Origin: Vitrella brassicaformis CCMP3155
Taxonomy: Eukaryota > Protista > Chromerida
Length of the DNA: 29,960 nucleotides
NCBI GenBank assembly: GCA_001179505.1
Contig: CDMY01000692.1
Coordinates: 1 to 29,960 of the forward strand
Direction of reading: 5' to 3'
The notes below the pieces were generated by a model that saw only the letters and a program-made list of their open reading frames with translations, was not told the DNA's origin and ran no database searches. The position numbers and the translations under genes were made by a program. This document shows positions 19,447 through 29,960 of this stretch, piece by piece; the first letter of the stretch is position 1; every line of letters begins with the position of its first letter.

Positions 19447-22400
19447 ATGATGGAGGGCCGCTGGCTGATAGAGCAAGAGCGCCAGCCGACTCGCGCCAAG
19501 CCTGCCTGCCACGGGCAGGCGTCCGCCTCCCCTCCCACCTCATCGGCAGCAAGTCCGCTACCCAACCCGCCCGCCTATGTGTCGCTCTGCTCGTGCTGCT
19601 CGGACATCTCGTCGCCTGTCCTCAGCACGCCATCCGCCCCCGCCCGTGTGGACTTCGAGCGTTCTGACAGCTCCGCGACGCAGCTGGACGAAAGATGGGG
19701 CGCGCTGCGTCTGAAGGGCCACGGCGGCATCGGTATGGGTGATGGCGGTGTGTCGGTGTCCAACAACGACCTGGACCTGGACACGCCCACCACGCCGCTG
19801 CCCCCGCCCGTCTTCGACGCCCTCCCCTCCACCTCCCCCTCACACAAGAACAGCAGTCAGGTGCGGCTCCGCCTCCCAATCGCAAACCGGCGCGAGAGCG
19901 AGTCGCTCATGGTCGTCTGCCCATCGCCGCAAGGCTCCTCCGGGACCAACCGCAACGCGCAGAACGCGGCATTCCCCGCGCCGTGCAATGGGTCGTCGAC
20001 CAGCACGTCGATATCGACCAGGGGCAGCGCGTCGAGGCGGTCAATGAGCATCTCCCAGACGCCTAGCGGGGCGGGGGGCGGGGGGAGTGGGTGTGGGAGC
20101 GGAGGGAGGTGGGGTGACCTGTCGGAGTGTTCGGCCGACAATGGGCGGACCAAAATGACACGGGCGGCACTGGTGCTCGAGGAGGCGCTGCTCGGTGAGG
20201 GAGGGAAACTGTGTGTGGGTGAGGGTCTGTTCGGCTGCTTGGTTTGGGTGTGTTCATGCGTGCAGATGGTCAGAAGATCGAAGGCTACTTTGACATCAAG
20301 TCGGAGCCGCTCGGCAAAGGGAGCTACGGATACGGTAGGTGCTCACCATCCACCCACTCTCACTCGCCCACCCAGTCACCGGCCCACACACTGTGTGTGT
20401 ATCGTCTGCTGTTCATTGCTGTGCTGTGCTGTGCAGTGTGTCGCGCGCAGGACCGCCGGACGGGTGCGTGGCGAGCGGTGAAGATCCTCAACAAGGCGCG
20501 TATCGAGAACCCCGTCCGCCTCAAGAGGGAAATAGCTATCATGAAGAAGATGGACCACCCTAACATAATGTATGAACCTGCCTGACCCGAAAAGGGAACC
20601 GGATGGCCAAGCGTTGTGTGCATCACCTCGTGTGGCTGGTTGGTTTGGTGTGTGGTGTGGTGTGGTGTGGTGTGGTGTGTGCAGTAAGTTGCTGGAGGTG
20701 TATGAGGACGACAAGCAAATCTTTTTGGTCATGGAGCTGTGCACGGGTGGCGAACTATTTGAAAACATCATCGCCAAAGGCCACCTCAAGGAGGACGCCG
20801 CGTGCCTCCTCATGCGCCAGCTCCTCTCGGCACTCGTCTACTGCCACGATCGGGGTATCGTACACAGGTACACCCTCTACCCCCATGATATACACACACA
20901 TCGACGCACGTCAGTCACATCTGCTGGTGCTATCTGTCTGTCTGTCTGCAGGGATTTGAAGCCCGAGAATCTCCTCTTCTCGACCGAGGCCACCAGAGCC
21001 CCTCTCAAAATCATCGGTAGGCACACACGGCCGGCCACTCACACACCTGTGTGTGTGTGTGTACACGGCGGCATCGATGGATGGATGGATGGATGTGTGT
21101 GTTTGTGTATGGGTATGTCAGACTGGGGTTTCTCGACGATGTGTCCGAAGGACCACGGTTTCTCCTCCACCGTCGGCACGCCCTACTACGTCGCCCCACA
21201 GGTGCTCGCGGGCAAATACGACAAGTCATGTGACCTCTGGAGCGCTGGGGTCATCCTCTACATACTCCTTTCCGGCTACCCACCATTCCGTAACCACACA
21301 CACACACATCACACATCACACCCACCAAGTGAGCATGTGGGTGTGTGTGTGTGTGTGTGTGTGTGCAGATGGTACGGACAACCACGAGATTCTCAAGAAG
21401 GTCAAGTCGGGTCGGTTTGACTTCGACCCCCGCTTCTGGCGGCACATCTCCGAGTCGGCCAAAGACCTCATCCAGAGGCTCCTCACCTTCGACCCCAAGA
21501 AACGCGTCACCGCCAGAAAGGCCCTCCAGCACCCGTACGCTCCCTGCCCATCTCCCTCCACACACACACCACGGACGGCTTCGCGGCCTCATGGGCTGTT
21601 TGTTTCTTGGCTTCCCTTCTCCCCTTTCCCCCTCTCTCAGGTGGATTCTGCAGGACTCCGCCCCGTTGTCCATCGGTGTGTCGCACCACCTGCGGCCGGC
21701 CGTCCCTCTGCCACCGTCGACTGTCGACCGTCTGTGGCAGCGGTTTCGCGAGTACAGGGGCTTCGGCATACTCAAGCGGCTGGCGCTCGTCGCTGCGGCC
21801 TACCAAGTGAGAGGAGGATGGGTGGCATGACTCTATGCATATGTGTGTGTGTATGGGTGGGGTGCGCGTGTCAGGTGGCTCATTGGGAGGTGGAGGGCCT
21901 GCATCAGATCTTCACTCTGATGGACCATGATGGAGACGGCACCCTCTCCATCGAGGCAAGACACACACACACACACGCTTACACAGAGCTCTACCCGACC
22001 ACAACCTTCGCCCGTCTGGCTGTCTGTCTGTCTGTCTGTCTGGCAGGAATTCAAGCGCACCTTGCTCCCGCCGCCATCGCAGCCCTTCAGCAACGCCACT
22101 CCCACCCTCCCCGCCCCCTCAGCCCCCTCCCCCTGCACATACCACCACCGCAGCCGCCCCTCCCTGCAGAAGCGAGGCGTCTCACGAGCCACCCCACCCG
22201 CGCCGTTGCCGCCCACATCCCTTCCGGCCAGCGGCGGCCTCGCCGCGCGACGCTTCTCGCTCGAGAACCGACCCTTCTCTCTCCGCGTCGACACGCAGAT
22301 CGGCAAACACCCCCACTCCCACACCCACCCCCACCCCCACCATGAGAGCGCCCCCAGTAGTGCCAGTGCCTCTGCGTCACCGGCACCCACAACAGCACCG

Positions 22401-23356
22401 TTCAAGTACCCGTATGTGACGCCGAAACAGCAGCAGCAGCAGCAGCAGGTGGTCACGCGTCGCGCGCCGCCCGCCTCGCCATATCTGGCGCCCAGCGACC
22501 CGCCGGCATGGGCGGCGTCGCCCCCGGTGCTGAGCGGGATGGACGAGAGCGACGGCGGCTGCGACATCTGGATGGATGTGACGGAGGGCGCAAACCCACA
22601 ACCACACGCACACACCTACGCACACATGTGTGGAGGCGGCGGGATGGGTGTGCGTGGCGGTTGTGGTTGTGGTTGTGGTGTTGTTGGGGATGAGGCGGCG
22701 GGCGACTGTGAGATGGACATAGAGCTGCAGCTGGAACTGGAACTGGACGAACTGATCGAGGACATCGACACAGACGGCAACCTGCGCATCGGTGAGGGAG
22801 CGAGCGACCACATCCATCCGTCCGTCCATCCACAGAGTGTTCGCCTGGCTCTTGTCGTGTTTGCAGATTTCACCGAATTCCTTGGCGCGACCATCGGCTC
22901 TGAGCTCTACGCGCAGGAAGGCGTGTGTCGGGGCGTGTTTCGGTTCTTCGACTTCGACAGGGACGGCCTCATCACACCGTACGCCACACATCACACATCA
23001 CACGGATGCGCTTCTCATGGCTTTGTGTGTGTGTTGATGGGATGGGCTTGGTGCCATTTGGTGGCAGTGAGGACCTCCGGCTGGCCATCGGTGTGGGCTA
23101 CAAGGGGGTGGAGGACTCCCGCGGCACACACACTGTCGAGAACGTTGTCAAAGAGGTACGTTCCCTTGGCACCGACACACACACATGGGCATGCTCGTGC
23201 GGATGCCCGTGTGTGTGTGTGTGTGTGTGTCTATGGGGTGTGTATGGGCTTCAGGCCATGGTGTGTGTGGGGATGCCCGTGTCCGGCGACCGGCCGCTCA
23301 GCCTGCCATTCGAGCACTTCCACCGCCTCATGCAGGGCGGCGCCACACGGACATAA
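19447..23356 (+). CDS. CDPK: Calcium-dependent protein kinase (CDPK) with long Ser/Pro-rich N-terminal extension and large insertion in the EF-hand domain
   Basis: In-phase exons give LGKGSYG, AVKILNK, MDHPNIIKL, LVMELCTGGELF, HR|DLKPEN, DWG, VGTPYYVAPQVL, CDLWSAGVILYILLSGYPPF, ISESAKDLI. Junction LKRLALVAAAYQ. EF loops DHDGDGTLSIEE, DTDGNLRIDFTE, DFDRDGLITPED. Stop TAA 23354-23356. Confidence 0.92.
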
Positions 23357-23379
23357 ACAACACGCACACACACATTGAC

Positions 23380-26300
23380 CTACACTCAGACAGATAGATA
23401 GAGAGAGAGAGATACATCAAATCAATAAGCATTCGGGCTTGTGATGGTGGCGATGGTGTTGTTTATGCGTTGTCATGTCATGTGGTCAGTCGTTCGGTCG
23501 GTCGGTCGGTCGGTCTATGGGTTTTGGGTGCATAATGTGTGTGATGTGTGACGGGTGGTGGGGCGGATGGGTTTTTGCGTAGTGATTGGCTGACTGCTGG
23601 ACGAACGATTGGGAGGGAGGGAAGGGGAGAGGGATACTATCGCTCGAGCGAGAGATGGAGATGGAGAGAGAGAGGTGGGCTTGGAGGGAGGGGGGAATTC
23701 ACCACCCACACATGGGGTGCAAGTGGTGGGACGCGAGATAGATGGATGGATGGATGGATGGATGGAGGGCAATTCAAAAAAATGGGCGGCTGTGGGTTGA
23801 TTCATACGCTGTCTGTCTGTCTGCTGGCCGTGTCTCCTTTATTATGGCGCATATCTTAGTGCTTCCGAGTCCCTAGCTGCTGTGTGTTGCATCCCCCCCC
23901 CCCTCCCTCCCTCCACCCCAGCAACCAGTAAGAACGATATTGCGATAGATAGATGTAGAGTAGCTGCCCTGTTTTCGATGTGATAAGGGCGCACACACAC
24001 ACGGACAAGCAGACAGACGAATTGACCCACTCTGGCTGGCTGGCTGGCCGGTGTGGGTGGGATGAATGGCTGATGAGTGGTGGGGGGTGACACCAATCGC
24101 ATTAATAATCTGTCTCCCTTGAGTGGGTGCGTGTGTGTGAGAGGGTGGGTGGTGTGGTTGATCAGATCTGATATAATCAGGGGTTTTCATCTCTCTCTTT
24201 CTGCCCCCTGCTGAGCCTTCCTTCATTCGAGGGCACACAATGCTGCTGCTATGTGTGTGTGCCGTGTGTGTATATGTGTGTGTATGTATGTGTGTGTGTG
24301 AGGGATGGATGGATGGATGGATGGACGGCAGGCAGGCAGGTAGGCAGTGTTTTAAAGAGGGGGCTCTATGAGACGACAGACAGACAGACAGAGAGGGATG
24401 GATGGATGGATGTGCGTGTGGCTCCTGCCCTATGGTGATCGTGTCCGTGTGTGTGGGCGGTTAGTGCTTCATACAAGTGCGTGTCACATGACCTGAAAGA
24501 TGATGATGTTAAGAGAGCCTTTGTTCTGTTTTAGTGAGCTCTGTGCGTGTGTGTATGTGTGTGTATGTGTGGTGGCATGGATGGCACTGTGCTGACTGAC
24601 AGTGATACAACTGGCAGGCAGGCAGCCTGAGGGGTAGTAGGTAGAAGAAACAACACACACACACACATACATGAGCCAAGAAGGCTCACAAAAAACAAAC
24701 TTATGTGTGTTAAGCTCTCTGAGAAGAAGACAAATCAAAGGAGGAGGACATTGATTGATTGCATTGCGGGGATGGATATCTTGAGGGAGGAGGGAGGGCG
24801 CATAGGCAGGCAGACAGACAGCACACACACAGAGTAGTACCCTGCCAACGAGAGAAAGAGAGAGAGAGAGAGGAAAGGAAAGGTTTGGAGGGGGCGCTTG
24901 CTGCTCACTCTGCTGTGCTGTGCTGTTCTGTGCTCTGCTGTGCTGCGCTTTGCTCGGTGGTGTTTTTATAGCTATCCATCTATCCATCCATCCATCCATC
25001 CATCTCTTGTGGCTGGCTGCTGTGTGGATGTTTGTGTGGATGGGCTGCCGGCTCACACGAATTGAGAGCCCTGCCTGCCTGCCTCCCTGCTGTTGAACGG
25101 AGCACAGATGGATGGATTGGATGGCTGCATACATAACTCGTGCTCTCTCTCGTACTCTCTCTCCTTCCATACGAATGATTTGTGACAAGCAGGGACGGGG
25201 GGTGGGAGCCGAACGGCTGTCTCTGTCTGTCTGCCTGCGCCTGTCTGTCTGTCTGTCTGTCTCTCTGTCTCTCTGTCTCTCTGTCTGTCTGTCTCTGTGT
25301 GGCCGCTGAGCCGAAAAGCTCTCAGTAAATCGCTGCTGCTGCTAGATGGACCAAAGATGCTCGTCTCTTCCTCCACTACCACCACCCCACCAGACAACAC
25401 AACTTGCCCGCCCTTCTCACTCCCTCACGCATCCATCGACTTTCTCGTGTGTGCCTCACCGTTTTACGTACGTATGTGTGTGTGTATGTGTGTATGTGTG
25501 TATGTGTGCCGTCGTCGTGTTTCGCTCTCACGTGTCGCCATTCATTTCATGCTTCCGTCCTTTTGTTTATTTCCTTTTGTCTCTATGGATGGATGGATGG
25601 ATTGACACACACACACACACGCACGAACACACACACACACATGGAGGCGGGACGGGGGAAGGAAGTGGTTTTAGTTTCCAACCAAAGCGGAAGGGAAGGA
25701 AGAATGATCGATGTCCTACCGACATACACACACTACTATGTGTCTGCGTGCTTCCATTCCATTTCATTTCATCACACCCCACCTGAATATCATGACCTCG
25801 ATCGGCTGGTCGGCTCGCTCCTTCGCTTGAACAGGCAGACAGGCAGACAGACAGACAGGCTCAGCAAGGCCGTGTATGTGTGTATGTATGTCTGTGTGTG
25901 CGTNNNNNNNNNNNNNNNNNNNNNNNNNNNNNNNNNNNNNNNNNNNNNNNNNNNNNNNNNNNNNNNNNNNNNNNNNNNNNNNNNNNNNNNNNNNNNNNNN
26001 NNNNNNNNNNNNNNNNNNNNNNNNNNNNNNNNNNNNNNNNNNNNNNNNNNNNNNNNNNNNNNNNNNNNNNNNNNNNNNNNNNNNNNNNNNNNNNNNNNNN
26101 NNNNNNNNNNNNNNNNNNNNNNNNNNNNNNNNNNNNNNNNNNNNNNNNNNNNNNNNNNNNNNNNNNNNNNNNNNNNNNNNNNNNNNNNNNNNNNNNNNNN
26201 NNNCTCCCCCTCCCCCTCCCCGCTCTCTCTGTGGGTTCATTCGAACATTCGCCTCTGTGTGGTGTGGCGTGGTGACAGTAGTTCCGATGGTGTGTTTAGT

Positions 26301-27500
26301 GCGTGGTATGCTCGCTACCAGCGTGTGTGTCGGTCATTCGTACATGCCATGGGGGTTATGGAGGTAATGGGGGCGCGGCGGGGTGGGCCGGGCAAGGTCG
26401 TAATCATTGTTTCCTTCCTTCTAGAGTGCCATGTCGTTCGTGTGTGTGTGTGTGTGTGTGTTGGTTGGTGCTCTGTTCGCTTTGCTTGGTGGGTTGGTGG
26501 GTGTCTTCCTTGACGGCACATCATGACGACTGACTGAGTGGTGGATACATACATACGTGCTGCTGTGCGTGGATAAAAACATCATGATGCCATTTTTCTT
26601 CTCGGGCCACTGTGTTGTGAGCGAGAGGAGCAGAAAAGGAGACACACAGACACAAAGACACCCAGACAGACGGACAGACGGACAGACAGACAGACAGACA
26701 TACGCACACAAACACGTCCGTCACGTAATTGGAAGAGAATGGCGGGCGGGTTGGCGGGCGCAAGTGAGTAGAGCAGCAGGACTCCAGTTTCTCGGATTTC
26801 TTGTGTAGTGACGCGTGTAACAGAGTGTGTCGGCCGGCCCCCATGCGCCCTCCCTCCCTCTCCCTCTCCCTCCCGCCCGCCCGCCCGACTGACTGCCATC
26901 GATGCAACTTTTTCCCCTTTATGTCTGTGAGTCTGTGTGGATACAGTATGGTCCGTGCATGTGCATGTGGGTTGGTGTTTGATATTGTTCCTCGATTGTT
27001 GGTGCCCCTGATTGATGCCTGCACACATACCAACACACATCCACACACATACAAACATACACACATACAATGGAGAAACGGAGGGCAGGGCAGGGCAGGG
27101 GAGGAGAGCGCAGGCAGGCAGGCAGGCAGGCAGACAGGCTGATGGATTGACAAATGGATGGATGGATGGATGGATGGGCTGGATGTCGGCTGGTGGAGTG
27201 ACACATTTATGTGTGTACGTGTGTGTGTGAGTGTGTCGCGGTGAGTGAGTGATTGAGTGATTGCATGCCTTGAGGGACGCATTGATGCCTTCATGCCTGT
27301 ATGCGCGCACTCATGCTCTGTCTGCAATTCGATCAAAGTAGTCAGTCGCGGTCGATCGAGCCATCCAGCCATCCGTGAGTGTCGACAAAACATCATCAAA
27401 ACATCATTCATCATGAAAAGAACCCGTGACACACGCAAGCAATGTCAGCAGCATTTTCTATGTACAGGCCGCAAACATGGCACGTACCATTTCATTCAAG
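23380..27500. repeat. Microsatellite-dense intergenic/3'UTR region between convergent CDPK and MYND genes
   Basis: Dense (GT)n/(CA)n, (ATGG)n, (GACA)n, (GGCA)n, (AG)n and (GTGCT)n tracts. The ORFs listed here translate only these repeats. Confidence 0.8.
25904..26203. other. Assembly gap (300 N) in intergenic repeats
   Basis: Exactly 300 N followed by a C-rich tract. Confidence 0.97.
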
Positions 27501-27544
27501 CTACCTACCCCCTCGCCCATTTATCTGTCCGCCTGTCTGTCTGT

Positions 27545-29682
27545 CTACGGGAAGGGGAACGAAATGGCAGCCCCCCCAGAGCCGTCTGTGCCGCTGTAGT
27601 CCTCGAGCTGTGTCTTGAAGGTGATGGACAGCTCCGACTCCTTGCGGCCGTCGGCCAGCGTCACCAGGGCACCCTCCACCTCCTCGCAGTGGCCCTGATG
27701 GATGGAAACAAATCGAGAGGCCTGCAATGCATGTCCATCCATCCATCCTTGGCTTGTGTGTTTGCTGACTGACCTGTGTGTGTGGTCTGTTGATGAGTCG
27801 CTGGATGTCGGGCGGGTACTGTGGGTCGAGGGCGGCCAACTCCTCTTTGACGCGGGTCATCTCCGCCTCACTCACGCGCAGGTGCTGCGCCAGGGTCGTC
27901 GGCACGATGCTACCCCCCGCCATGTTGGCCGTATACTCTATCAAGTGCTTCCTGAAAGACGTATACACACCCACCCACCCGTATCGTATGTGTGTCCCTG
28001 TGTATCCTCTGCCTAGCTGACCTGAGCTGACCTGACGACGTCCGTGAAGGCGAGTGCCGCCTCGAGGAACTCCTTCTTCACCTGCTGCCACCCACCCCTC
28101 AGCTTGTCCTTTACACCCACACGCAAGCACACACACGCACTCACTGGTGTCGTGTCAACACGTATTCAGTGCAGTGTTGTGTAGATATATGCACCTTCTT
28201 GGCCTTGGAGGCACAGTGCGCGTCGATGTCGGCCTTGACGCCCTGCCTGTCCATAGTCTGCAGGATGTTCTTGCGCCACGCCTCTCGAGAGAGGTACTCA
28301 GATGGAGCAGTGGTATGAAGCTGGTTGTTCATGGCCTCAATCCTTGTGATGGTGGCGGACGCCATCTCAATGCCGAAGACTCTGTCGCACGCTCTGACCT
28401 ATGAAAACACACACACACACACACACCCGCTCCCCTGTCTGCCTGCCTGCCTGTCTGTGTGCCTGTCTGTGTGGATATTGCGTACATACCAGTGCGTAGC
28501 CACACACGAGTTGTATGTCGGGCTTGAAGTACCTGCAGCCGGCCATCCGTCCATCCATCCATCCGTCCATCAGAATATCCACACACATACATACGTATGA
28601 CGCCGTCCGTCCCTTCCTCACTGACTGACCATGTGCGGTTCCTCATGGTCTCGATGGGCGTGTTGAGTGTGATCCTGCAGACGGCCTTGCGCCAGAAGAG
28701 GTCCGAGGCGATCCCGCCACAGCAGATGAACGGACCGGGCACCACCCTCATCCTAGACTTGCTGATGCACGTCGCTATCGCACTCGTCACCAGCCGACAC
28801 GCCATCTGCAGCATCGCCAGCAGCATGGCGTTGTCCTCGTCACGCAACGGCGCCCCAGGCATGCCAACGGGCGCAAAACTGAGCAACACAGCCATCAAGG
28901 ACGAGAGTGTGTGCACCCAGATGGCTCGTGACCTGACCCTCAGTCAGTCGTCCTGACTGACCTGAAACATGGGTACATGGCCATGTTGCCCAGGAGGGTG
29001 TGGGCGCACCGCGGCTTGCTGGATGAGTTCGTCGGCGCCTCCATTTGGACGGCCGCGAAGGTCCGGGGCGGGTAGGTCTGCAGCGTGACGCTAAGGTTGA
29101 CGGGCACGGCAAGGCCATGGACACCGCCGACAATCTCGTCAACTATGGCCTTCTGGGTCTGCCTCTGCAAGCCAAACCGAATATATGAACAACACACACC
29201 GTCACGTCGTTGTCGGGCCATCCATCCATCCATCCCTTCCTTCCCGCCGACCTGCAGCTCGAAAAACTCGTCATTTCCCATCCAGTTGTAGACATACATG
29301 ACGGCAGCCCTGTTGTGATTGAGCAGGCCCAGCGATAACCACTTCTTGGCCTGCAGAATGAGTCAGTCAGACCGCAAAACAAATGGAACAAATCGGTGCA
29401 CGCACGTCCCAGGATGCTCACCTCCTTGCAGGCGGCCTTGTGGCCCGCTGACCAATGCATCGACTGGCACTCTCTGCTGCAGTAATGGACCAACTTGCAT
29501 ACGCTACAGCAGGGCATCGCGCCCGCAGCCGCCTTTCCGCAGGCTACACATCGTTTGGGGAACGACCTGCCGGCGTTCTGGCGGATCTTGAGGCCGCTGA
29601 GGTCGGCCGACGTTAGGGGCAGCCGCCGCCCCGACATCGCTGCCTTGCGTGCCCTGGGGTGGGGTGCGAGCTCGAAAGGCAT
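27545..29682 (-). CDS. MYND-type zinc finger protein
   Basis: Exon 1 encodes CVACGKAAAGAMPCCSVCKLVHYCSRECQSMHWSAGHKAAC (MYND signature). Eight further exons splice in phase to AISFPFP* (TAG ending 27545). Start is Met 29682 or Met 29637. Confidence 0.85.
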
Positions 29683-29701
29683 CTCCCCCTATAATGAATG
29701 A

Positions 29702-29960
29702 CGAGCGAAGCTCCCACAGCTTGTCACCAAGCTGCTCGGCACCGCGAACCTGATGGCACTAACGAAAGGGCACGGCAAGGTGCGGCCGGTGGCGGTGGGG
29801 GATGCAGTGCGGCGATGGGTGACGAGAGCAGTGTGCACGCAGCACAAAAACAAGGTGGCCGCCTACTTCGCCCCTCTCCAGTGCGCAGTCGGCACCCCAG
29901 CGGGCAACGAGAAGCTCTTCAAGGCCGCCGAGACATTCATCCAGAGCCGGAGGGAGGGCG
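29702..29960 (+). mobile_element. 5'-truncated non-LTR retrotransposon reverse transcriptase fragment, CRE/SLACS-like clade; continues off the right edge
   Basis: Intronless open frame after TGA 29699-29701: RAKLPQLVTKLLGTANLMALTKGHGKVRPVAVGDAVRRWVTRAVCTQHKNKVAAYFAPLQCAVGTPAGNEKLFKAAETFIQ. This matches the RT motifs L.aL.K..G.vRP(I/V)AVG..RR and P.Q..VG...G.E typical of CRE-clade elements (recalled knowledge). Not in the supplied ORF track. Confidence 0.85.

Noticed and set aside
24484-27438. Several 150-370 aa ORFs in the CDPK-MYND spacer
   Set aside because: Translations are microsatellite products (THTH, CVCV, MDGW, LSVC) with no splice-consistent coding signal.
1-29960. CRISPR arrays, rRNA, tRNA, spliceosomal snRNA or spliced-leader genes
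   Set aside because: No repeat-spacer arrays or recognisable signature sequences seen on either strand by eye.

Overview
Intron-rich eukaryotic DNA. Introns are short (about 60-130 nt) and filled with GT/CA, GACA and ATGG microsatellites. The gene content (CCp/LAP-type adhesin, apicomplexan-type CDPK, bipartite plastid-type leader, MYND protein) suggests an alveolate, most likely a chromerid such as Vitrella brassicaformis; this is inference, not a database match. Manual splicing gives seven apparently intact genes: a CCp-like discoidin/NEC gene (-, runs off the left edge), a likely plastid-targeted UVR-motif protein (-), a class-3 lipase (+), an RCC1-repeat protein (-), an Arg/Ser-rich protein (+), a CDPK (+) and a MYND-finger protein (-). 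It also gives a multiply disrupted GMC oxidoreductase pseudogene (-) and, at the right edge, a 5'-truncated CRE-type non-LTR retrotransposon RT fragment (+). The most notable unexplained structures are: (i) a 19-bp and a 14/15-bp motif shared by two divergent promoters, (ii) a diverged tandem duplication with a conserved TATAAAA-centred core between two convergent genes, followed by a weak box C/D RNA candidate, and (iii) a CCp gene with no visible 5' end abutting the upstream gene in a fusion-compatible phase. Three 300-N placeholder gaps are present. All exon boundaries were deduced by eye from GT/AG sites and reading phase.
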